Shown in pieces: positions 33,053 through 41,819 of a DNA stretch of 42,390 bases (position 1 is the stretch's first letter; each line of letters opens with the position of its first letter). This DNA is from Poseidonia sp. GTDB taxonomy: Archaea > Thermoplasmatota > Poseidoniia > Poseidoniales > Poseidoniaceae. The translations under genes and the position numbers were made by a program. Under the pieces are notes generated by a model that was given only the letters and a program-made list of their open reading frames with translations, did not search any database and had not been told where the DNA came from. The stretch is taken from assembly GCA_023254355.1 (NCBI GenBank), contig JALRLR010000002.1:1-42390 (forward strand), in the 5' to 3' direction.

Positions 33053-34594
33053 ATGTGCGGCATACTTGGCATCGTTGGACGTCAGGGAACGCACATCAAT
33101 CAATTGCTGTATGACGGGTTGACGGTGCTCCAACACCGAGGCCAAGATGCGGCTGGTATTCTCACCGACTTGGACGGAAATTTTCGGTTGCGGAAATCCA
33201 ACGGACTCGTTTCCGATGTGTTCTACAAGCGCCACATGCTTCGGCTTGAGGGAAGCGTGGGAATCGGACACGTCCGCTACCCCACCGCCGGCTCGTCCTC
33301 TCGAGCAGAAGCTCAGCCGTTCTACGTCAACTCTCCTTACGGCATCGCCTTGGCTCACAACGGGAACTTGACGAACGCCGAATCGCTGGGGGCGTACTTG
33401 CGCGACGAGTGCATGCGCCACATCAACACCTCAAGCGATTCCGAACTCCTGCTCAACATCCTTGCGGTTGAATTGGGTCACCGTTCCCGAGCGTTGAGAA
33501 TCGAAGGGAATCCTCACATCAACATCGAAACGGTGTTCGGAGCGGTGGAGGCCGTGAATCAGCGGGTGAAAGGCGGTTACGCTTGTGTATCCGTCATCTC
33601 CGGCTACGGTTTGTTGGCCTTCCGTGACCCCAACGGCATCCGCCCGTTGATCTACGGAAAACGCCGTTCAGAGGACGGGGAGGAGTTCATCGTCGCCAGT
33701 GAATCGGTGGCCATCACGGCGCTCGGCTTTGATGTGGTGCGCGACGTGGCTCCGGGTGAGGCGATCTTCATCAGCGCATCTGGACACTTGTTTTCCCGCC
33801 AATGCGCCCCTGAATCTCCTTACACGCCCTGTATCTTCGAACACGTTTACTTCGCTCGGCCGGACTCCGTCATTGACGGCATGTCGGTGTATCAGTCCCG
33901 TCTCAACCAAGGACAGCGTTTGGCTGAACGGCTGGTGGAGCAATGGCCCGATCATGACATTGACGTGGTCATTCCCATTCCCGATTCGGGCCGCATCGCA
34001 GCGCTTCAAATGGCCAAGGCGCTGAATCTTCCGTATCGTGAAGGCTTTGTGAAAAACCGGTACGTGGGGCGAACCTTCATCATGCCGGGCCAAGCCTTGC
34101 GAGAGAAATCGGTGCGAAGGAAACTCAACGCCATTGAGCACGAGTTCAACGGTAAGAACGTCCTTCTGGTGGATGATTCCATCGTCCGTGGTACCACGAG
34201 TGCTCAAATCATCGAAATGGCCCGCGACGTCGGTGCAAAGAAGGTCTACTTTGCCTCCGCCGCTCCGCCCGTTAGGCACCCGAATGTCTACGGCATTGAC
34301 ATGCCTGCGGTTGACGAATTCATTGCGAACGGGCGGTCCATTGAGGAAATCAACGCCACGATTGGAAGCGACCGATTGTTTTACCAAACCTTGGAGGATT
34401 TGGTGGAGACCACCAAGCAACCCTCCTCAGCGGTTCAAGCCTTTGACTCCAGTTGTTTTGACGGCCATTACATCACCGGTGACATTGACGCCGCGTACCT
34501 TGCGAAACTTGACGCTCAACGCAACGACGGAGCAAAAAACCGTTCCCACCTTGAGGACGCTGTGCTTGAATTGCACAACGACGAGGAACTTTGA
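33053..34594 (+). CDS. purF: Amidophosphoribosyltransferase (glutamine-PRPP amidotransferase)
   Basis: 'MCGILGIVG' Ntn-amidotransferase start with Cys at position 2. '[14 protein letters not shown]' PRPP-binding motif. Confidence 0.95.
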   Translation: MCGILGIVGRQGTHINQLLYDGLTVLQHRGQDAAGILTDLDGNFRLRKSNGLVSDVFYKRHMLRLEGSVGIGHVRYPTAGSSSRAEAQPFYVNSPYGIALAHNGNLTNAESLGAYLRDECMRHINTSSDSELLLNILAVELGHRSRALRIEGNPHINIETVFGAVEAVNQRVKGGYACVSVISGYGLLAFRDPNGIRPLIYGKRRSEDGEEFIVASESVAITALGFDVVRDVAPGEAIFISASGHLFSRQCAPESPYTPCIFEHVYFARPDSVIDGMSVYQSRLNQGQRLAERLVEQWPDHDIDVVIPIPDSGRIAALQMAKALNLPYREGFVKNRYVGRTFIMPGQALREKSVRRKLNAIEHEFNGKNVLLVDDSIVRGTTSAQIIEMARDVGAKKVYFASAAPPVRHPNVYGIDMPAVDEFIANGRSIEEINATIGSDRLFYQTLEDLVETTKQPSSAVQAFDSSCFDGHYITGDIDAAYLAKLDAQRNDGAKNRSHLEDAVLELHNDEEL

Positions 34595-34648
34595 ACCCTC
34601 TACACAGTCCGAGCGAGTTCTTTTGAAGCGCGTCCTTCACCTCAAACC

Positions 34649-36283
34649 ATGGTCTTGACGCCCCGGGTGGAAATTCTCGTCCGCCCCGAGGCGAAGGTCC
34701 GTCATTTGGCCCTGCACGATGACAACGCTGTTCTCGCATGGTCGGAAGGCCAACACCGAGTGTGTATCGCCCGTTTTTCAAGCACGGGCGAGCTGGAACT
34801 GACCGGCGTGCTGAACCACCAACACACGGTGTCCTGCCTTCAGTTTCTTGACCAATGGTTGCTCGTTGGAGATGACCTGGAAGGTTTGGTCGCTGTTGAA
34901 CACGACGGGACGGTGGCGGCTTCGGTTGAGGTCGATGGAGGCGTCGCTGCAGGGTTGGTGGCCGACGGTTGCTTTTTCGGCCTCAGCGGCATGGGAGGCC
35001 TCGTTCGTTGGGACGCTCACGGAGCGCTGCAAACGCTGGGTGAACGGCTTGGACTGGATGAAGCGACCGACCTTGCCGCCCACGGAAAACGCCTCTACAT
35101 CGGCTGCCAAAACGGGGACGTGGTGGCCGTTGAACACAACGAGGTCGTTTGGCGTCGGCCCGCACGTGGGATTCATGGTGAGCGCATCACGGCGTTGGGT
35201 ACGACGAGCGCTGGAGCGTTGTTTTTGACGCGTGAAGGCCATGCCTTGGTGGCGGGTGAGGAAGAAGCCATTGAATTTGAACTTTGGAAAAACGATCGAC
35301 TTTTGCTTCGCAATGACCTTCGTATGCGTTTGCTTACTTCCTGTCTTGCTCCCGAAGGAGCCTTGCTTGGGTTCGATGATGGCCGTGTGTCCTTGCTTCA
35401 CGAGGATGGACGGTTTGAAGACGTCATGCACACCAACCATCCCGTGCTCCGGTGCGGTTCACATCAAGGCCATCACGTGGCGAGCTCGTGGTTTTACGTT
35501 CATGGACAAGGACCTGACGGGGAATGGGTGGTTGAACACCAAGGCATGCCCGGGAACCTTGTCATTCGGCGAGATACAGGCCAGGTGGTGTTTGCAGGAG
35601 ACGATCAAAACGACTACACGGCACCCGAACCCATCGGGACGTTCGGCTTGGAGGGTCCCAAAGAGGAGGCTGACCAAGCCGAGTTATCTCTCTGGTTTGA
35701 GGATGACTCCGTCACGCCAGCCCCCTCTGCTGAGGTCTTGTACGGGCAACCCGATGACATGCTTGAGCATTTGACCGAAGGTGAACGAGCCACCTATGGC
35801 CTCGAACAGCCCGACCTCGCCGGGGAGCACGACATGCTGCTTCGGGCCATGGGTGAAGTGACGGCCGATTCTTCGAACGAGGGCACGGTGACCACACAAG
35901 ACCCATCGACTCTGCTCGACCAACTCCAACTCGATGATGCGCTGCTCCACGAGGAACCCGATTCCCTTCTTTCGACCTTGAACGAAGGCATCGTCAGCGT
36001 TGAGCGGCCGCAGGCCTTTGCCGGAGAGGATCAACGGTTGCTCGCTGAGGCCGACGGCTCGGCCTTGGTCCTTCTCGATGGACGGGGGACCCGAGACCCG
36101 CACGGCATGGTCGAAGGGTGGTCGTGGTTGAACCAGCGCGGTGTTGAATTGGCCACCACGCCTCAATTGAAACTCAAACTTCCCATCGGACGTCACGCCT
36201 TCGAACTTCGCGTCGTTGACCGAGAAGGGGCTTGGACCACCGATGGGGTGGTGGTTGAAGTGATTGCATCCCCAACCTCTTGA
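34649..36283 (+). CDS. Hypothetical beta-propeller-like repeat protein with acidic linker and C-terminal PKD/Ig-like domain
   Basis: The N-terminal ~330 aa has repetitive strand patterns (PQQ/WD-like, e.g. 'LYIGCQNGDVVAVEHNEVVWR'). An acidic Asp/Glu-rich linker follows. The C-terminal 'AGEDQRLL..LLDGRGTRDPHGMVEGWSW..LPIGRHAFELRVVDREGAWTTDGVVVEV' resembles a PKD domain. No obvious signal peptide. Confidence 0.55.
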   Translation: MVLTPRVEILVRPEAKVRHLALHDDNAVLAWSEGQHRVCIARFSSTGELELTGVLNHQHTVSCLQFLDQWLLVGDDLEGLVAVEHDGTVAASVEVDGGVAAGLVADGCFFGLSGMGGLVRWDAHGALQTLGERLGLDEATDLAAHGKRLYIGCQNGDVVAVEHNEVVWRRPARGIHGERITALGTTSAGALFLTREGHALVAGEEEAIEFELWKNDRLLLRNDLRMRLLTSCLAPEGALLGFDDGRVSLLHEDGRFEDVMHTNHPVLRCGSHQGHHVASSWFYVHGQGPDGEWVVEHQGMPGNLVIRRDTGQVVFAGDDQNDYTAPEPIGTFGLEGPKEEADQAELSLWFEDDSVTPAPSAEVLYGQPDDMLEHLTEGERATYGLEQPDLAGEHDMLLRAMGEVTADSSNEGTVTTQDPSTLLDQLQLDDALLHEEPDSLLSTLNEGIVSVERPQAFAGEDQRLLAEADGSALVLLDGRGTRDPHGMVEGWSWLNQRGVELATTPQLKLKLPIGRHAFELRVVDREGAWTTDGVVVEVIASPTS

Positions 36284-36305
36284 AGGACCGGGGAGTGCGG
36301 AGCAC

Positions 36306-37070
36306 ATGGGCATTGAGCAACCCTGGATTGAACATTTCTTTGTTGGCCCGCTTCAAATGCGCTGCTCCGTGGTGACCGACCGAGACACTGGGGACACCAT
36401 CATCGTTGACGGAGGTGATGAGCCGGAACGAATCATTGCGTGGATTGAACGCTTTGAGGGTCAAGGTCCAGACTGGACCACTGGCCCCCAATCCAAAGAG
36501 GAGGCTGGCCACCTTCCGGAGCGTCGCGTCGTCGCTTTGGTCAACACCCACGCTCATTTTGACCACAGCGGGTTCATTCCAGCGCTACGAGCCCACTTCG
36601 GTGTCCCATGGTACCTCCATCCCGACGATGATTATCTCCAGACCCTGGCCCAAGCTTCGGGACGGCGATACGGACTCTCGTTGCCCGAACCTGCGGTGGC
36701 CGATGAGGCGTTTGAAGCCAACAGAACGTATGCGTTTGGAAGTTTGGAATTGAACGTGTTGCACACCCCGGGTCACACCCTGGGGGGTTGTTGCCTTCTG
36801 CTGAGCGTCGACGACGGTCCCGACCATGTGTTCGTTGGCGACACCTTGTTTGCAGGCTCGGTTGGTCGGACAGACATTGCCGATTCAGGAGGGGATTTTG
36901 ACCTCCTTGCTCAATCCATTCATACGCAACTTTGGCCGTTGGATGAGGATACCGTGGTCCATCCCGGCCATGGTCCGTTGACGACCATTGGCCATGAGCG
37001 TCGTACCAACCCGTTCGTTGGTGACGCAGCAGGCCCAGGTGGGTCGTTTGGCTTCGGAAAGTACGCTTGA
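36306..37070 (+). CDS. Metallo-beta-lactamase-fold hydrolase (glyoxalase II-like)
   Basis: 'VNTHAHFDHSG' (HxHxDH motif), 'LHTPGHTLGG' and 'GDTLFAGSVGRTD..HPGHG'. ATG 36306. Confidence 0.8.
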   Translation: MGIEQPWIEHFFVGPLQMRCSVVTDRDTGDTIIVDGGDEPERIIAWIERFEGQGPDWTTGPQSKEEAGHLPERRVVALVNTHAHFDHSGFIPALRAHFGVPWYLHPDDDYLQTLAQASGRRYGLSLPEPAVADEAFEANRTYAFGSLELNVLHTPGHTLGGCCLLLSVDDGPDHVFVGDTLFAGSVGRTDIADSGGDFDLLAQSIHTQLWPLDEDTVVHPGHGPLTTIGHERRTNPFVGDAAGPGGSFGFGKYA

Positions 37071-37072
37071 AC

Positions 37073-37999
37073 TCAAGCCATCATGGACTTGAGCGTGTCG
37101 TGCAACACCGGCAACGCCTCTTCCCAAGTGGCCACGATGCCGTAATCGGCGTGTTGGAAGATGGGGGCATCCGCATCTTTGTTGATGGCCACGATGTACT
37201 TGGACGAGCGCATACCGGCGAGGTGCTGAATGGCGCCAGAAATGCCCACGGCGATGTAGAGGTTGGGATTGACGGTTTTGCCCGTTTGGCCAACCTGCAT
37301 GCTGTGCGGAATGGCTTCCCACGTATCAACCGCAGCACGTGATGCACCCACGGCAGCACCGATGGTGTCGGCGATGGCTTCGAGATGGCTGAAGTTCTCG
37401 GGGGACCCCATGCCACGGCCGCCGGAAATCACGATGTTGGCTTCCGCAACGTCCAAGCGCTCCGAAGCACGAGCCATGAATTCAACCACGGAGGTCGCAA
37501 CGTTGCCTTCGGTATCGAGGACCTGGACGTCGGAGGCACCGCCGGTGGCGGCGTTGAAGATGTTCGAACGGACGGAGATCACCGCTGGTCCGTTCAAGGC
37601 CACGGTTTGCATGGCCTTGCCTGAATACACCGGGGAGGTCACCTGTTGGCCTTGAATGGCCACGGCGTCTTGAACCACGGCGATGTTGCGACGTGCAGCA
37701 AAGCGGGCAGCCAGGTCCTTGGATTGGGGGCTGGCGCCGGTGATGATGGTCCCTTGGGGCGTGACCGCATCGAGGGCCGCTGCCCATCCGCTGGCGTCGT
37801 AGTGCGCAAACGCGGACGATTTCGCCGCCAAGATGGAGCCTGCGCCCATGTTCGCTGCCCCATCGGCTGCACTGGCATCCGAGCATGGGACGACGACGGT
37901 CGGTGCGCCCCCGAAGGTCATGGCGGCCGCCACGAGTTCAGCGGTGCTTGGGTGGACGGCGTTGTTGTTCATTTCTGCAATTACGATGGTTTGTGTCAT
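37073..37999 (-). CDS. etfA: Electron transfer flavoprotein alpha subunit
   Basis: C-terminal FAD-binding signature 'YIAVGISGAIQHLAGMRSSKYIVAINKDADAPIF..ADYGIV'. Confidence 0.9.
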   Translation of the reverse strand: MTQTIVIAEMNNNAVHPSTAELVAAAMTFGGAPTVVVPCSDASAADGAANMGAGSILAAKSSAFAHYDASGWAAALDAVTPQGTIITGASPQSKDLAARFAARRNIAVVQDAVAIQGQQVTSPVYSGKAMQTVALNGPAVISVRSNIFNAATGGASDVQVLDTEGNVATSVVEFMARASERLDVAEANIVISGGRGMGSPENFSHLEAIADTIGAAVGASRAAVDTWEAIPHSMQVGQTGKTVNPNLYIAVGISGAIQHLAGMRSSKYIVAINKDADAPIFQHADYGIVATWEEALPVLHDTLKSMMA

Positions 38000-38008
38000 G
38001 GCTTCACC

Positions 38009-38746
38009 TCATAGGACATTGGCTTCATCACGAAGGAGTTGGGCGACTTCAGCCGCAGCGTTGCCACCGTCGTAGGTCTTTCCAGCCGGCTTGGCGGGTG
38101 GGAGTGCGTGGCCGACCAGGCTCACGGAGGACGGCGGGACCTCTATAGAGTGAACATCAACGCTGGCTTTCTTGGCCATCATGATCCCTTTGACGTTGGG
38201 CTTACGAACCTTGAATTCGCCTTTGTCACACGACACAACGGCTGGCAACGGCACGTTGAGTTTGGCATGGCCGGCCCCGTTGGGTCCGATGACCGTCAAG
38301 CCACCGTCAAACGAAGCACCGATGACGTTGGAGGCGGATGCCCAGCCCAATCGTTCGGCAAGGCCTGGGCCCGTTGAGCCTGCGCCGGTATCGGCGGCGG
38401 ATTTCCCACAATACACGACTTCCCCGCCCAGTGCACGAACCGCTTGGGCGAGCACCGTTTGCAGGGCGTTGGAATCCATGTCACCTTCGGCGTCCACCCG
38501 AACGATGTGGTCAACGCCGATGGCCTTGGCGTCTTTGAGGATCTTTTCGGCGGCGGCTCCTCCCACGGTGAGCGCCGTGACTTCGCCTCCGGCCGCTTCT
38601 TTGTGGAGCAGGGCGGTTTCGACGGCAAATTCGTCGTATGGGCTCATCACCATCTTGACGGAAGAAAGGTCAACACGGTCGCCGTTCACGAGGATTTTGG
38701 CGTTGGTGTCGGGGACTTGTTTGACGAGGACAATGATGTTGGGCAT
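38009..38746 (-). CDS. etfB: Electron transfer flavoprotein beta subunit
   Basis: 'IIVLVKQVPDTNAKI..VMSPYDEFAVETAL' is typical of the ETF-beta N-terminus. Lies directly upstream of etfA. Confidence 0.9.
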   Translation of the reverse strand: MPNIIVLVKQVPDTNAKILVNGDRVDLSSVKMVMSPYDEFAVETALLHKEAAGGEVTALTVGGAAAEKILKDAKAIGVDHIVRVDAEGDMDSNALQTVLAQAVRALGGEVVYCGKSAADTGAGSTGPGLAERLGWASASNVIGASFDGGLTVIGPNGAGHAKLNVPLPAVVSCDKGEFKVRKPNVKGIMMAKKASVDVHSIEVPPSSVSLVGHALPPAKPAGKTYDGGNAAAEVAQLLRDEANVL

Positions 38747-38891
38747 GACGATTCACTCCACTTTCAACGCTGACCACCTGCATGCAATTGATGAACCTTG
38801 CCACTTGACCGCATGATTCCGCTCGCCCGTTCAAGCCATGCTGGAGGATGATGGTTAGTGTTATGAACCGTCCCGCCAGGGGAGACACTCC

Positions 38892-39746
38892 ATGCCGCCG
38901 AAGAACGAAGTGGACCTCGACCCGCAAGAACAAGCCCTCCTCCGTGAATGGAGGCAACTGGTGACCGAACACTACGTTGAGGACATCAAGCACCTGGAAG
39001 GCAACCCCGACATCATTCACGGGTTTGAAGTCGAACACGCCATCATTGCCAAGTACGATACCTTGCGCACCGAGTTCCACTTGCGACCCACCATCGTGCT
39101 CCAGTTGGGCACACGGGTGATGAGGGAGCAGTTTGACGAACACATGGTCCGCATGCGCCCTGTGATTCGTGTCGTGGGGCTTGACGAGATGTACCGGCGA
39201 CGCATTGACTCGTTGCGCATGCGCGACCGCAATAAGGTGGTCAGCTTAACCGTCAAAATCAACCACGTTTTCCCACCCTACGGCTGGGTCCAACTTGCGG
39301 TGTACGAATGCAGGGATTGCGGGGATTCCGCTGAAATCAAGCAACGACGGGCGCGTGAACGAGAGAGTCCCGTTCGGTGCGAAACATGCATGGCCAACTT
39401 TTTCGAACGCCTTGAAAACGGGGATGACAATCTGCCCATTCGCCCTCCTCGTCCCAATTTTGTGATGTCGACGGAACATTCCAACTACGAAGACGTGCAG
39501 GACTTGAGCATCTGTCAGGTGGCGTTGAACGAGGACAATCATGTGTTGCACACCTCGGTCAAGGACGACCTCATCGCCACGGTCTCCGACGACCTCGTCG
39601 GTGAGGTTGAGGTCGGGATGTTTGCTCGAATCAACGGCATCGTGCGGGTTCAGCCCTTCCCCAATCGGACCTTCTCAAAGGACACACGGCGAGTCCTCGC
39701 ACTGGACGTCTTGAGCATTGAGCCCATCGATGTTGAGGAGATGTAG
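38892..39746 (+). CDS. Stand-alone MCM N-terminal-domain-like protein (helical subdomain, C4 zinc ribbon, OB fold; no AAA+ module)
   Basis: 'KVVSLTVKINHVFPPYGWVQLAVYECRDCG...VRCETC...FVMSTEHSNYEDVQDLSICQ...DDLVGEVEVGMFARINGIVRV' follows the order of MCM N-terminal subdomains. No Walker A anywhere. The stop lies 1 nt from the convergent tyrS stop. Confidence 0.6.
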   Translation: MPPKNEVDLDPQEQALLREWRQLVTEHYVEDIKHLEGNPDIIHGFEVEHAIIAKYDTLRTEFHLRPTIVLQLGTRVMREQFDEHMVRMRPVIRVVGLDEMYRRRIDSLRMRDRNKVVSLTVKINHVFPPYGWVQLAVYECRDCGDSAEIKQRRARERESPVRCETCMANFFERLENGDDNLPIRPPRPNFVMSTEHSNYEDVQDLSICQVALNEDNHVLHTSVKDDLIATVSDDLVGEVEVGMFARINGIVRVQPFPNRTFSKDTRRVLALDVLSIEPIDVEEM

Positions 39747-39747
39747 G

Positions 39748-40893
39748 TCAGCCTTGGGTGTAGGCGGTGACTTGGTCGAGCAAGTCCGGATGCTGCTCAA
39801 AATAGGCATGAACGCCGGCCAGTCCGCGAGCGAGCCCGTCGGCGACGCCAAACTTCGCGTCAAGGGGGTGAAGGGTGCCGTCCATGACCGCCGTTCGAAA
39901 TGCTTCAAGGCTGGTCCACGTTGACGGTTCCCCAAAACGAGGGTCAGGCGTGACCACGATTTCACCGAATTCCGCGAGCACGATGTGCTGGGCCAACTCA
40001 TACACTGGAGACTCGGGGTCGTCGGGAGAAATGTAGGCTTTTTTCATCTTCTTCCGAATTTCCTCGGCTGAATCATGGATCAGCAACGCACCTTTAGGGT
40101 CGGATTTTGACATTTTGTGGTCAAAGGACTCCATGCGAGCCCCTGAGGCCTTGAGGGAAGAGATGATGGGCGTGTGAAGGCAGGTGGCTTTTTGCCAACC
40201 GTATTTTGATGCTACATCGCGCATGAACATGTGGGCTTTTCGCTGGTCCATCCCGCCGATGGCGACATCGATGTTCATCTCAAAAATATCCGATGCTTGC
40301 ATGGCGGGATAGTAAAATTTCGAGAGGTCATGGTCGGATGACGCTTCATCCCGTCCCATGATGGTGAAGGTCTTCCGAACCATGGCAAGCGTGGCCCCCT
40401 TTGAGCAACGCAGGACACGAGCCCAATAATCGGGGGAGCGCATGAGTTCTGAAGCCCAAACAAACCGAAGTTGGCCCGCCCCCTCGCCTTCAGGGGGATG
40501 GTCAAGGAGGCTTCGGAAGGTCGCTTCCATGTAACGTGCTGTGGTTTGAATGGCGTCCATGTCGCCGTTGAATTTGTCGTTCACCCATGCGTGCCAGTCG
40601 GCGAGGAAAATCATCACGTTGGCCTTTGCCTCGAGCATCCGCTTGCACTGGAGGGCGAGCACCTTCCATCCGATGTGGGCTTTGCCGCTGGGCTCAAACC
40701 CGACGTAACATCGAATCACATCGTCGCCAGCGTGGCTGGAGGCCCCTCCCAGGACCGCCAATGCATGCTCAATACCGACGACTTCTTCTACGGAACCGAC
40801 CATGGTGACCAAGCGTTCTTGAGCCTCGGTATCAAGGGCTTGAAAGGCTTCCATGTCGGCCAATTTTCCGGCAATGTCAGGGTCGACGGACAT
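39748..40893 (-). CDS. tyrS: Tyrosyl-tRNA synthetase (archaeal/eukaryotic type)
   Basis: 'CYVGFEPSGKAHIGW' (HIGH region), 'YYPAMQASDIF..IDVAIGGMDQRKAHMF' and 'KMSKS'. Collinear with archaeal TyrRS. Confidence 0.85.
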   Translation of the reverse strand: MSVDPDIAGKLADMEAFQALDTEAQERLVTMVGSVEEVVGIEHALAVLGGASSHAGDDVIRCYVGFEPSGKAHIGWKVLALQCKRMLEAKANVMIFLADWHAWVNDKFNGDMDAIQTTARYMEATFRSLLDHPPEGEGAGQLRFVWASELMRSPDYWARVLRCSKGATLAMVRKTFTIMGRDEASSDHDLSKFYYPAMQASDIFEMNIDVAIGGMDQRKAHMFMRDVASKYGWQKATCLHTPIISSLKASGARMESFDHKMSKSDPKGALLIHDSAEEIRKKMKKAYISPDDPESPVYELAQHIVLAEFGEIVVTPDPRFGEPSTWTSLEAFRTAVMDGTLHPLDAKFGVADGLARGLAGVHAYFEQHPDLLDQVTAYTQG

Positions 40894-40902
40894 TCCGTTC
40901 CC

Positions 40903-41427
40903 TCAGAACAAATCGTTGAGTTTCTTGACTTGAGTTTCCGTTGGGAGGTTGCCGGCCTCCATGATGGCTTCGAGGTTGGCGATCATCTCAAGGGCGCTGT
41001 CCACGGTTCCTTGGTCCAAGTTTTGCATCATCTCCATGGATTTGTGAGCCATTTTGATAGCGGATTTGGCCTTTGAGAGTTTCTTGGCGTCCTCTTTGGC
41101 CTTGTCGCCGCGTTGTTTGGCGTTGTAACCCGTCGCCTCGTCCAAAAAGGCCGACCATCGCTTTCTGGATTCCATGGCTTGTTCGCGACCGTTTTCGCTG
41201 TCAAGGAAGGCAGCAAGGTCAGCGCCTTTCAATTGTTCAACATCAACGGCCAGTTTTCCTGAATCGTCATAGGACCCTTCGACCTTGACCATCAAACCGA
41301 AACCACCGGTGAACACGCCATCCCCATCAACGTTGATGTTTTCGAAGTATTGGGTCGCCAATTTAGCCAAGCCAGCGTTTCCACCCATGCTTTTGATGAG
41401 TCCTCGTTTAACAGCGAATCGCTCCAT
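40903..41427 (-). CDS. Conserved-looking hypothetical protein co-oriented with tyrS
   Basis: ORF 40903..41508. I prefer ATG 41427 ('MERFAVKRGLIKS..'), which leaves room for a divergent promoter (TCATAAGG at 41450-41457). The C-terminal half is Lys/Glu-rich and helical. Family not recognised. Confidence 0.45.
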   Translation of the reverse strand: MERFAVKRGLIKSMGGNAGLAKLATQYFENINVDGDGVFTGGFGLMVKVEGSYDDSGKLAVDVEQLKGADLAAFLDSENGREQAMESRKRWSAFLDEATGYNAKQRGDKAKEDAKKLSKAKSAIKMAHKSMEMMQNLDQGTVDSALEMIANLEAIMEAGNLPTETQVKKLNDLF

Positions 41428-41529
41428 GGGCGTGGCACCTGTTCCCGTCTCATAAGGCTCACCGTAGCAATGATTGGCTGGAGGCCCATCAAGGGGAGGT
41501 GTTTTCATGCCCGTCGATGTCGCCGAAGC

Positions 41530-41766
41530 ATGCGAACACGCACGCTGATGGCGTTGGTGCTCACCTCACTGATGCTCGTGCCGATGGCAGGAGCCGAAGA
41601 GCTCGTCACCCGCGTGGCACTCTCCGATGAGGGCGCGTTGGGCGAGAACGACCTCGGCATCCGTGCAGGGGCCGTCTCGCCAGCAGGAACCGATGTGCTC
41701 GTGGTGGGCATGGAGGGTTTCGCTCGATTGATTTCCGCCGATGATGCCGGCAAAGCCTTGTGCTGA
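41530..41766 (+). CDS. Short signal-peptide ORF, probably the truncated 5' part of a secreted protein
   Basis: 'MRTRTLMALVLTSLMLVPMAGAEEL' is signal-peptide-like. The ORF stops after 78 codons, exactly where composition changes (see finding on 41740-42390). Confidence 0.35.
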   Translation: MRTRTLMALVLTSLMLVPMAGAEELVTRVALSDEGALGENDLGIRAGAVSPAGTDVLVVGMEGFARLISADDAGKALC

Positions 41767-41819
41767 GGGCGTTTTTTCTCCACCATCTCAGTTCATTCTG
41801 ACCAAAGAACCTCAACTGC

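Noticed and set aside
38747-38891. Possible C/D-box sRNA in the 145-nt etfB/MCM-N divergent spacer (a TGATGA at about 38790)
   Set aside because: No matching D box (CTGA) at a suitable distance and no terminal stem. The spacer is more simply a bidirectional promoter region.
41507-41548. 13-codon ORF (MPVDVAEACEHAR*) preceded by a strong GGGGAGGTG at ideal spacing, overlapping the start of the signal-peptide ORF
   Set aside because: It is too short to support. The SD-like string also lies within the possible long form of the minus-strand gene (encoding TPP). It could be a leader peptide, but nothing in the sequence discriminates.
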